64,000 bases of DNA, taken from positions 58,156,001 to 58,220,000 of the forward strand of contig OZ024747.1 in assembly GCA_964016885.1 (NCBI GenBank), given 5' to 3'. This document shows positions 51,419-64,000 of this stretch, in pieces. A program made the position numbers and the translations under genes. A model generated the notes under the pieces. The model was given only the letters and a program-made list of their open reading frames with translations, had not been told where the DNA came from and did not search any database. Numbering within the stretch: the first letter of the stretch is position 1; every line of letters begins with the position of its first letter. This DNA is from Eledone cirrhosa. Lineage: Eukaryota.

Positions 51419-52894
51419 ACATACACTTACATATATATATAACCTTAAGTTACTTACAAAGCATTGATAATATGAAATATTTGAACGCTTATAGTCGCCA
51501 CAATTCAGATCATTAATTTGTAACGAGTCACAAGCGTGAAATATTTTAGACAAAATTATCCAAAAATATAATATGAGAAAGAAGCTCCATTATTCAGCTA
51601 ACAGATTTGAAGGTTAATTCGTAATTTAAATTGCACGTATAAAATGTTGATGTAATGGAATATGAAACATTCATATTATACAAGTGAACAAGATTAAAAT
51701 TAATGATAATCAAACTACCAAGCCATACTTTACTTTGCATATCCTGATAATAAATCAAAAATTGTTTAAAAGAGTTGAGAGGATTATGTTTGCATACTTC
51801 AAGACTGTTTTATAGATACCCTTTACAAGCAAAACAATAATACCGCAACATAACGCACGGAATGCAGCACAGATTTCAAACATATAAATAAAGAATATGC
51901 AGGAAAGAATATAATCTAGGCAACCAGCAAACATAAACGGAGCGACAGAAATCCAAACAACATAAATAGCATCATTAAAACTATACACATTGATAAGGTA
52001 AATCAGAATCATAGACTTATAGCTGTATGCAAACTAAATAAATAATAGAACACAGCAAAATAAGTTCCAGCATATTTACAATATATTGATCAATAAAAGC
52101 TGAACGCAAACTAAACAAACGCAAATATGAACACGAGGGAATATGCAAAAACATTCTAAGCATAGAAAGATCTATAGTTAGACATTTGAATACAAAAGTA
52201 ATATAACAGTGGAAACGGTTAAAGATTTCGAATCGATAGGATATCTTGCTATGGATCAGCGAACGACACTCCGAGAAAGATAAAAGTTAATGACAAAATA
52301 GCAAAAATAAAAGCTATGCAAACTAGGTCATCCTACACATACTGGAAATAATATATACGCACATTAATATCAGAATAATTCAAATAATCTATGCAGCCGG
52401 CTCTGTAATCACAAAGGGAAATCGATACTTCCTCAAAATGTCTCCTATCAGAATCTCTAAGCCCAAAGGAAAACGCGAAGAACCAATGCAGAGATGAAGA
52501 GATACATCAGAAGAAAAAAATAACAATCTTAAATCTTTGAAGAAAAATATATTAATAAATAAAACGAATGATAGCCAAATAGGAGAGAAATACAATATAT
52601 CCCGATAGAATCGTTCATCAAGGCGCATCTATGACAGGAAAGACATTCTTGCAAAAATATAAAGAACCCGTTATTATCAAACATGTACTGTTATGTGTAT
52701 ATGCATACGTGTATCTAGATCACCAATTTATAAGAAAAGAACTATCAGGCATCGAACACTATTTTGCAGTTTCGTGCAACACATCTGCGAGTAACTTAAT
52801 TCATACGTGATGATTCTTAGAATATTATATACATCTCACCTCTGATGGACCCCATCACTATAAGTTGCACATTAATGTATATTAAATGTATACA

Positions 52895-53007
<113 letters not shown>

Positions 53008-54270
53008 TTATATGTGTATGTGTGTGTGTGTATATATTTATATGTGTATATATATATGTGTGTGAATACATACACACATATATATATCCTGGTGTTTACG
53101 TATACTTTTTGAACATATGCTTCAATGACTGGGTATTTATTCTAGTTCTCTGCACATCGAATTCAAATCCTAACCATACAACATTTGCATTCTGTCTATG
53201 CAAAGTCAATAAATAGTCTTCTTTCAAGGAGTGATTTGCGGAATCAATAATATTTTTTAAGCATCTGTTGCGTCTCGGTGCATTCAGAGTTCAAATCACA
53301 TTTCGTATCGCGGCTGAGAGATAATATTGGCAATGGATAGACGAATGGAATCATAATCTCCTCGGTCCGTTTTTCATAATCATCAGTTTGTTTATTATAA
53401 CATATGCATAAGCATTTAAATGAGTTAAGCATGCAACAATCATCAACTGGTAACTAGGTTTTGTGATATGTAAAATAAACCTCCGAATACTAAGGGAAAT
53501 AAACCGGGCTCAAACATGAGTTTTAAGAACTTTTGTGGAAGTACATCAACATTTCCATAAAATAAAGAACTGTCGAATCCTGAGCCTATATAATAGGTTT
53601 ATATCTTCCACCGAAATTGTGGCTATGGAACAAATTATATTGGATGTTCCCAAAAAAATGTTGACTTTATCATCAAAATGTATATGATTTATATGGTGAA
53701 AAATTTGTTGATATATAAAATAGTTGTTGCTTTTTTTAAAATTATATTATTTGCTGAATTCATTTACTCGTAATGGTAAATACATTTAATAAATGTATAT
53801 AAATATAGAATAATACAATACAATGGATGGGAGTTAAATTGTCGTGCTTTGTATTAATAATCATTATTTAATGATCACTCAAATTGAAGTTCTTGTCAGA
53901 ATCGCCAAACCGGAAATAAAATTTGAACGCATGATTTTCACGTGTTCGTTTAATTCCGCTTCGTTATTTGCAATGAACAGGATGATGTTAACACAATTGT
54001 CAATAACAACAATACAATTTAGAAATGCGTGACAGATAATGAGTGGAGATAACAGATGAGCAAGTATTTATCGATGTATTAAATAATGATTTACGGTCAA
54101 TTGTAGTGTTTAATTTAGAGCTTGCAATAAAAGTCAAAAACGGAAAAACCCACCGATACAAATGATAACATACACACACACAGACACTTCACATACAATG
54201 AATATAATTCATCGAAACATCTTATGTAAATACTCACACACACACAAAACATGCACACACAGACACACAG

Positions 54271-54314
<44 letters not shown>

Positions 54315-54390
54315 GTATATGTATATATGTATATATATACATGTATATATATCTATGTACATATATATATATGCATGTATATATACATAA

Positions 54391-54438
<48 letters not shown>

Positions 54439-54447
54439 CTGTGTGTG

Positions 54448-54486
<39 letters not shown>

Positions 54487-55076
54487 ATATATATATATAT
54501 ACACATATATATACATATATACACACACAGAGAGACAGAGAGGGAGATAAAGGAAGAGAGAGTAAAGTTAAAGTAGTACTTGATAACATACATGTATATA
54601 TATATGTCTGTGTATGAGTGTGTGGATAGACAGAGAGGTGTGTGTTTACAGTTATGTGTAAATATATTTGCACATTTCTCTATACTGTACTAGTGAATTC
54701 TTCACGTGATCATTCTACATCTGATGGTGATTATATACATAGACATTTAATATAAGGTTATATTTAATCTTAAAAATATATATCCACGCAAGATATCGAA
54801 CGAAACAAATTATTCATTAAGGAATCATATTAGATAGTCGCTTTAAATATGAATAAATAAATATGCCTTGACAGTCATTTATGTATGAATTAAATGTATG
54901 TCTATGTGAATATAGTTACTTACAAACACACACACGCTCGCGGGCAGTATGTGTGTGCGTCTTTATGCATACAGTTATTTACACACACACGCATTGTATG
55001 CATAAAGACACAGACACAGACACAGACACACACACACACACACACACATACACACACACACACACACATACATATG

Positions 55077-55107
<31 letters not shown>

Positions 55108-55359
55108 CTGTGCCTGTGTCTGTATATATGTGTCTATGTTTGTATGTGGTATGTAAGAAAAATTCGTGTACAATCTGAAGTATTGTTTCTAGAGACAGAA
55201 GAATTGTCATTGGCTCAGATCGAAGCTCTCTTTTCTCATATCGGCAAACATTCAGCTCCATAAATAAAAAGTAAACATGAATAAATTTCAGTCTATAGAA
55301 AATATACACATTTAATCTAAAGCTTTTATCTAATTTCAATTGATATAACAATCATCGCA

Positions 55360-55545
55360 TGGTGGGTTGTCAGTATCGGTAGAGGGTCGGACGCCATGTT
55401 TGCAGCACAGTTACGTCCCTTTACGGATTGAGTTCAAATCCCGCTGAGGTTAACTTTTCTTTTCATCCTTACGGGGTCGATAAAATAAAGTACCAGTAAT
55501 ACACTGGGATAATTGCTGGCCTTGTGCCAAAGTAGAAACAATTAT
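55360..55545 (+). mobile_element. tRNA-derived SINE
   Basis: Family consensus. Confidence 0.85.
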
Positions 55546-56222
55546 TGATAGTACATAAAATGAACCACTCTTTATTGCGACAATATATGTTACAGCTTCG
55601 TACTCATAGAAACGTACAAGGATTGAATTTACGTATAAATAAGTAACAAAGCGAGTCTCCAATGGAATAAGTACATCAGGTTTTCAACGAGATTATACCT
55701 GTGAATTACAGGTATAGTATATCCAAATGACATCAACATAGATCCTGTATACACAGTTTCATACATAAATTAGGTCTGAAGTAGGGACTATGATAACAAA
55801 CAGTTGCCCAAGATGACATAAATGAAACCGAACCTGAATTCGTAAAACTTTCAAGCAAAGCAATCACAATTGCATTTTATTTTAAGCTGCTGTATGGTTC
55901 GATTTATGCTGGTAGGAGTTTGAGTAGGAGCTTCTCCCAACTCTAACGATAGTCTGCCCTATCTATCAAATACTATTTATAGATATACACATTATGGTGG
56001 ATTCTCAATAGAAAAAGGCAAATATGTTTTTAAATTTAAATTCCTCCATGCTTCGCAAATTATTGCAATATTTTTTTTATATCTCTCTCTAAAAATGTAA
56101 GGCTTCGAAGTGATATCCAGATGCGGTACGGTGTAGGGTTTCAACACGGCCTTGAGGCTTACGGTAGATTCCGTGTTGGATTGGCCGTGACAATATATTG
56201 TATGTATATATATATACATGTC

Positions 56223-56288
56223 AGAATTTAGCTTCGGCATAGCTGTATACATACACGTTTGTATACAGTTATGTCGAAGCTAAATTCT
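56223..56288 (+). other. 29-bp stem / 8-nt loop hairpin
   Basis: AGAATTTAGCTTCGGCATAGCTGTATACA pairs with TGTATACAGTTATGTCGAAGCTAAATTCT, with only two G-U wobbles. Confidence 0.7.
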
Positions 56289-56666
56289 AATACTATTTTA
56301 AGTTGAGCCAACTTATATGGCTTCGTATGCAAATAAGAGCAATCAGCCCACCTACAGAGGCGGAAAAACATGTTTTAATGTCCAGCAGTAAACAGGAGAA
56401 TACATTATACTTATGATATCCATTTAATTTCGAAATGCAGAGATAATTATCCCTCGCTGCTTCTGTTGGATTCCACAAGACGACACTGACCGTCAGCCTT
56501 CTATTTAGAGCTGGGATTTCAAATTGTTTATTTTTTAAGCATGTCGTATATATTTAGATGTACAAAATTCACACACACATATATATATATATGCATATTT
56601 ACATATATTCATACACACACACGCGCGCGCGCGTACAATCACACACACACACACACACAGACACAT

Positions 56667-56698
<32 letters not shown>

Positions 56699-57768
56699 CA
56701 TAATTTCCTAAAGTATAAAACGATATACCATAATATAAACATGATTCCTCAGGACATATTGTTGCTAATTCTGCAATCGGTTAGCAAACGTTGCCGCCAT
56801 TTTGATTTTGTGTTTATGAATTCCCTTTACATTGTTGTTTAATTTTGTTACGTTTTGCCTTTTATATATTTTAGTTTCAAATATTTTCGCTAGTAACATT
56901 CTCTTTTCATGTTTTATTTTCTCTCACGGTTCTCTGTTTCACGCTGATTTCGATGGGGCTCTTTGAATTGGGTTTTGTTTTCGTCTTCTTTTTCATTTGG
57001 TCTATTGAAATGTTTGAAAGTTTAACTATTTATTTATTTATATTTTTTTTTTGCTTTATGGACATTTTAGTAAATGATGGCAAATGATTTGTCCGAATAA
57101 TTCGTATAGATTCATTGAAATTTCTGTACATAAAACAGTTGGCTTTTATTAAAATCCCAAGTACTTGCAAACAATGACGCCGAAGACCGGATGCCAATAA
57201 AAGGAATAAAGAATAAATAAATACACATATAGACATACCCACGCAGAAATAAAAGGCTTCATCATAGGTTGCCAAAAGGAATGAAATAATGTTTTAGTTC
57301 GGTTTATTTAGACAGCGCACTGCTGCCAATAAGAAACACTATTTTTGTTGACAATTGTTATGACTACAACACAAGATTCGGTTCGGAGGTGAGATTAAAG
57401 GAATTGGTTTTTATGAACCACACTAAATTGGTTTAAAACGGAGAATGTAAATATTGAGTGGGCGATAATTACAAAGGCTGTCAGCTACGCGTTTAGAAGT
57501 CTATGTACATACTACACAATGAACGTAAGAGGTATATGTATGTTCATTATATGTATGTTCAGATATATATACATACATTGTTTCGCAAGGAGATTTCATG
57601 TACGCTCTACTAGAATTTCGTGGTGTAAGATACTTCTTTATCGTGTTTACCTATTTTATTAGGCTACGAAACTGTCGATGGGAGTCGAAACTGTGTAATT
57701 CCATTTCGAAACCAGACAGATGTCCACGAAATTTTGTATCTTTTGAGAAGATGTGTTATATATATATA

Positions 57769-57837
57769 CTACTACCTTCAGTATTGAGTACTCTGGTGTG
57801 TTATGGTCCACCTCATATCTTACGAAACCCTCTTTGT

Positions 57838-57869
<32 letters not shown>

Positions 57870-58069
57870 CATAGGAGAAGAGTCAGGTCCTCGACGGCTA
57901 AGCTCCGACCGTTTTGACAGCTAGATCCGAACTCGGATCTAGTTGTCGAAACGGCCGGAGCTCAGCCGTCGGGGACCTGACTCTTCTCCTATTACCCACT
58001 CTATTACCCTAAGTATTGAGTACTCTGGTGCGTTATGGTTCACCTGGTTCCTTAACACACTTTCTTTGC

Positions 58070-58101
<32 letters not shown>

Positions 58102-58137
58102 ACAAAGAGTGTTTGGTAAGATACCAGGTGAACCATA

Positions 58138-58140
<3 letters not shown>
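57769..58140. mobile_element. Fold-back PLE pLTR remnants (family B subfamily)
   Basis: Palindrome 57871-57930 / 57933-57992 with a 2-nt loop, containing GAAACGGCCGGAGCTCAGCCGTCGGGG. Extra 3'-end fragments at 57769-57840 (+) and 58099-58139 (-). Confidence 0.75.
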
Positions 58141-58226
<86 letters not shown>

Positions 58227-58383
58227 CATATACAAAATAGTAAAACAGAAAAATGGTAGTAAATGCTAAAGGGATTTTCTCTCCCAATAACACCAACACA
58301 TTTATTACAAAATATGAATTTCTCTCTTGGTTTTGTACATAGCTGTGTTACTATTAATATTTATTTATATATATACCCGTATT

Positions 58384-58501
<118 letters not shown>

Positions 58502-60832
58502 TGTGTGTTTCTATTTCCTTTTACCTTTGATGAATTGTTACTGCAGGAAAAAGCAGCCGCACCACTAGTAGTATTAAGTTTCAGTAGCAGCAGCAGTAGA
58601 GGCAGTATAGCATGATGTACTGAAAACAATGCAAATATATTACTTCTTCTTTGATGGATCCCCAAGCAGGACCAGCCGGATTCATGTATGTTATCTAACC
58701 ATCTGCCACGGCGTCTAGCAATTTCCTTTCTTTTTAAATTTGTTTCATTTTGCTGTAACGTTGTAGGTGAAGCTTCATTCGATAAATCCATTATCAAAGG
58801 CAATGGATGTTCATCTGTATATTTCACCAAATTGGTTTGCATCCAAGATGTTGAGAATATAGCATGCAAATTAGAACATTTCAACTCAGCAACAAACTAG
58901 GTATTTGAAAATTTCTCTTCGCAACTACAATCTCGGTAGTCAGTCTCATATTCCAGCACTTTGAGAACGTGGCTTCTAGCATTGCTTTGGATAAGCCTGA
59001 GGTAAAATGAAATAAATGGAAACAAACTGCGTCGTGGAAGTAGTCAAAAGGCATAATTTCTATTCTTGACTGATAGCCTTGACACAACCATATGACTCTT
59101 AACGACATTTAGCAGACTAACCTCTGTTGCTATAATGTTGGGCTGGATAATATTTTCTTTATCACACCAATCCTTTTTTTCATTTCAGGTTTTGAAATGA
59201 GTTTCTTCAGATAAACAATGATTGTTATACGGATTTATAAATATAACATCAATTCTAGTCATTACGATTACCGCCCAGAGTACATTCTAACAGATTAGCT
59301 CATTAGTCCTTTTAGATTTAAATGCGTTGCTTAAAGACACTGTCAATTAAATGTGTATATATGTGTGAAAACTGTATTTTACTATCTATGAGTGTTCCAG
59401 CCATTAATATACCCATCTTTCCGTCGAGATCATCTTTCAGAATTTGTATATGCTATAGTTGTGTTCGTTTTAAAACAGTTTTACCCTGACGGTTTGTATA
59501 GAGAAGTTAGCGAGTCGAACGCCCACTTAAAATTCGCTTCATTTATTTCTAAAACTAAATCATACACCTGACACCAAAACTGTGTTATTACAAACGTTTA
59601 GCGCCATACTCTTGCAGTTTTATCTTTATAAAACCCAATCTTGCTGACACAAATGTCTTAAATTAAGGTATATTTGATGGAACGGAAGTAAAACTGAGCT
59701 GGATACTAATCAGAATTCTACCCTTCTCTCCTCTAATCAGAAATGTAATAATCGCCACTTTAAGAAACGATTATTTTGTGCGGAATATGTAGGAAAAAAT
59801 GATAACATTCTTTTCTAAATGTTAATTAAGTAATTTATAACTGGATTTTGAAATCGATCGTTATAGTGTGTGATAATCAATTACTTAATTGTATGAATAG
59901 TATAAAGTGAAAGAAATATTATTTAAAGAAAGGAAATCGATATGTTAGAAGACAGAAGAACTACATTTTGGTTTCTATGATATAGCTTTAACGTGAAACA
60001 TCTCACCTCCTACGCTTTTAAACTGTTTTTAGTAACATGGTGAATGGACACACCAATCAAAGGGGTTTCTTGATCAGACATAAACCCTACATTTTGGGGA
60101 AACACAATGAAGTAATAGCATTGTGACACTTTCAAATCCAGCATTGATTTTCATTGTATGCCATAATCAATCATACGATTACGTGAATGTCGGCTTAAAG
60201 TGTGAGTTATTGAACAATTAAAATCAATACACTAGGAGCTTGTGAACGACAGTGTTGTTTCTAAATTACAAATACTTTTAAAACCGGTTTGGTAGTGATT
60301 AAACCAGTTTGGTCTGTGTAACGAACGGATACACTTTCATGAAAAGTATATTTCAATTAACCTCAACTGGTTACAGTTGTAGGAGATGGAAAAGGAGATA
60401 CGATTTTCATTTATTTTCCAACTACTGTAGTGATGTAAGTAAATCCACATGCATGGCTTGATACGAGTCTCATAAATATTTCTGCCAATCATAGAACCCA
60501 TACGCATTGCTAGCACTAACTTTCAATTCATACAAAATAAAACAACTATATACTTATACAAATTTAGATAAACACGTATTATATGAAGACAACAATTACG
60601 ACGCCATTAGAAAATAGTTTAGTTTAAATCAAATAATATTTTAAATGTTAATGAATGTTCTATTTTTAAAAAAAGCGTGCTTTAGTGGGAAAGCCATAAT
60701 TCCAACTTTACTAAACGATTTTCTTCGGAGTGTTTTATGTAATGCATAATATGTTCATAGGATACTATATTGAGATAAGTTGAATATCAATATCCATGAA
60801 TATATCATCGTCCTGTTTCACAAATAACGAAT

Positions 60833-61203
60833 AATTGTTTCTACTTTTTGGCACAAGGCCATCAATTACTCAGTGTATTACTGGTACTTTATTTCATCGA
60901 CTCCGTAAGGATGAAAGGCAAAGTTAACCTCGGCGAGATTTGAACTCAGAATGGCAAGGGACGTAACTCTATGCGTCAAAGCATGGCGTCCGACCCTCTT
61001 CCGATACTGCCAATCCACCGCCCTTAATAATTGTTTCTACTTTTGGCACAAGGCCAGCAATTACCCAGTGTATTACTGGTACTTATTTTATCGACCCCGT
61101 AAGGATGAAAGACAAAGTTAACCTCGGCGGGATTTGAACTTAGATTGGAAAGGACCGTAACTCTATGCGTCAAAGCATGGCGTCCGACCCTCTACCGATA
61201 CTG
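60833..61203 (-). mobile_element. Head-to-tail SINE dimer
   Basis: Two family copies (about 60833-61022 and 61025-61203) inside one direct repeat AACGAATAAT (60826-60835 / 61204-61213). Confidence 0.8.
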
Positions 61204-61556
61204 AACGAATAATGGATGAGATGACAGTTATTACCATCACGATATATTTGGGCGTTGCTTGAAATAGCTACGACCATTACCCATAGAAAAGTTAGGATTT
61301 GTGAAAGCTGGTAAATTACTTGTATGAACATTAGCATTTATATAACCACTTTATAAGGAATTAAATAGAACATGTCCAATAGTAAGAATAAAGAAAATGT
61401 CTAATTATTATTATCCATAAACAATGGTGGTAGACTGGCAAAGTCACTAGATTGTCGGTGAAATCTTTAGCAGTATTTTTACTGTCACATTACTCTCTGA
61501 GTTTAAATCCAACCAAGGTCAATTTTGCCTTTCATCCTTGAGCCTAAATTAATAAT

Positions 61557-61748
61557 CGGTGGATTGGCAGTATCGGCAGAGGGTCGGACGCCATGCTTTG
61601 ACGCATAGAGTTACGGCCCTTCCCATTCTGAGTTCAAATCCCGCCGAGGTTAACTTTGCCTTTCATCCTTACGGGGTCGATAAAATAAAGTACCAGTAAT
61701 GCACTGGGTAATTTGCTGGCCTTGTGCCAAAATTCGAAACAATTATTA
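61557..61748 (+). mobile_element. tRNA-derived SINE (an older partial copy lies at about 61425-61540)
   Basis: Family consensus. Confidence 0.85.
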
Positions 61749-61759
61749 TGAATAACCTA

Positions 61760-62600
61760 CTTGTCTTGCAACTCATCTTGCGGTATTTGCCGAGGTAAAG
61801 TGTTACAACTTTGTTTCATATTTTTCAGTTTGCTCAGGGAATTCTCTGAATTTGGATGCAATAGTATCTGCAAAACAAGTCCCGATTTTCTCATCCACCA
61901 GCTCTTTCCACTTTACAATATAGGTGGATTATGGCCTGCAGGAATTATAACCTTTATTCGCTGCATGTTGTCGCAAGTTGCAGATAAGTAAATGACTATC
62001 CGTTGACAGCACATAATCGAATGGATCACAGGCAATAACAGAACCAATTATTGATCTCGGTCTCCGATTCGTATTACACCAAGTGTATTTGTGATGAGGT
62101 TGTGTTGGATTAAGATTCTCATAATAGAGAATGCATTACTAAAACAGATGCCTAATGAGACATCCATTTGTATTTAGTTAGGGATCGCCTTTCAGTCCAA
62201 TCACTCATTTTTTTTTCAAGTGATCTGTGCCAACATGAACATTGAATTCGCCCATTAGGATATATGACACTGACTTAAGTACATCTAATGGAAGGGTCTG
62301 TATTCAATCTCTCTGTTTAGCACATAAACTTGCACCGACCAGAGAGAACTTTCTTTCACCTTAAGATTCAAGAGGCAAATCCTACATCTCGATACAATCC
62401 AGTCTATGACACATTCTGACAGACTGGGCTTGTGAATATCCACTTTGTGCTGTCATTTAAGGCTCCACACCGGAATAGTGACATTTCCATCCTCCATCTA
62501 TATCTACAGTACCAGAATGACGAAACCTTGTTGAGGAAGATCCGATGATGCCTAGCTGATACCATCTGGCCTCCTCCGCTAGTCCTAGCTTTCCACTTGC
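61760..62600 (-). pseudogene. RTE (Expander-like) LINE AP-endonuclease region, degenerate
   Basis: Minus strand LAEEARWYQLGIIGSSSTRFRHSGTVDIDGGWKCHYSGV...LLNLKVKESSLWSVQVY...VKWKELVDEKIGTCFADTIASKFREFP. Confidence 0.75.
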
Positions 62601-62819
62601 TAATAGTTAAACCTTGCCCTGCTTACTAACATATCTTGTGGCCGTATCACTTAATGCCACCTGCAGGCCGTTCTCTGACAGAACAGCTCTGCCGAGAATA
62701 TCAGCATTGTAACTAGTCTTAGATATTGATTATTATCAGGTTGTCAAAGATGACAATTATTGCAGATTTTAATATTAATCATAACGAAGATGATGACGAT
62801 GAATATTAGGGAAAGGACA

Positions 62820-63665
<846 letters not shown>

Positions 63666-64000
63666 AATATAAGTACGTATGGATGTTACTATGACTATCG
63701 GAGCAGCCAACAGCAACGACAGAATAGATTCAAATCTCATTGTATCATTAACATTTCACACCGGGTTTTGTTTTATCTTAATTTTTTTTTTATTAATTTT
63801 CTATTATTAATTTTTTCAATTTTTTGGCATGCTTTTAGTAATCTTATATTTATTCATTTATATATTTATTTATTGGGTGTTTGGTGCGTTACTGCAAAAG
63901 ATAATTACATATGAGGGCAAACAATTTCTGCGCAATCACATATTGTTTCCGAATTTAGCAGTATGAAAATAATAATAATATATGATTAATAATAAAAATA

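Noticed and set aside
51700-52700. Possible very old LINE remnant (VETVKDFESIGY-like)
   Set aside because: Too degenerate to assign by eye.
57922-57933. TAGATCCGAACT resembling part of miR-100/miR-10 family sequences
   Set aside because: The seed region does not match, and it lies at the centre of a PLE fold-back palindrome.

Overview
This is AT-rich, microsatellite-dense animal DNA. The repeat content suggests an octopod cephalopod, which is an inference. I found no confidently identifiable host gene; almost all of the short ORFs are (TA)n/(CA)n artefacts. The window is dominated by mobile DNA. (1) A head-to-tail array of at least 3 near-identical R4/Dong-clade RLE non-LTR retrotransposons (30373-43162) sits behind a (TAA)n tract and runs into a 200-N gap. 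It has two intact 1130-aa RT+CCHC+RLE ORFs, identical inter-copy junctions, and a swapped, internally duplicated 5' UTR. (2) There is a dense population of Penelope-like (PLE) remnants, with about 10 type-I hammerhead ribozyme motifs (some degenerate) from several families, often built as fold-back palindromes in (TA)n. They show recurrent non-canonical cores (CCGANGA, UUGAUAA, CAGAAGA). One is a GIY-YIG-coding PLE. (3) A decayed RepHel Helitron is fused to a non-autonomous Helitron, and there are two further non-autonomous Helitrons. (4) The rest includes many tRNA-derived SINEs and RTE, CR1-type and mariner fragments. All coordinates were read by eye and may be off by a few bases.
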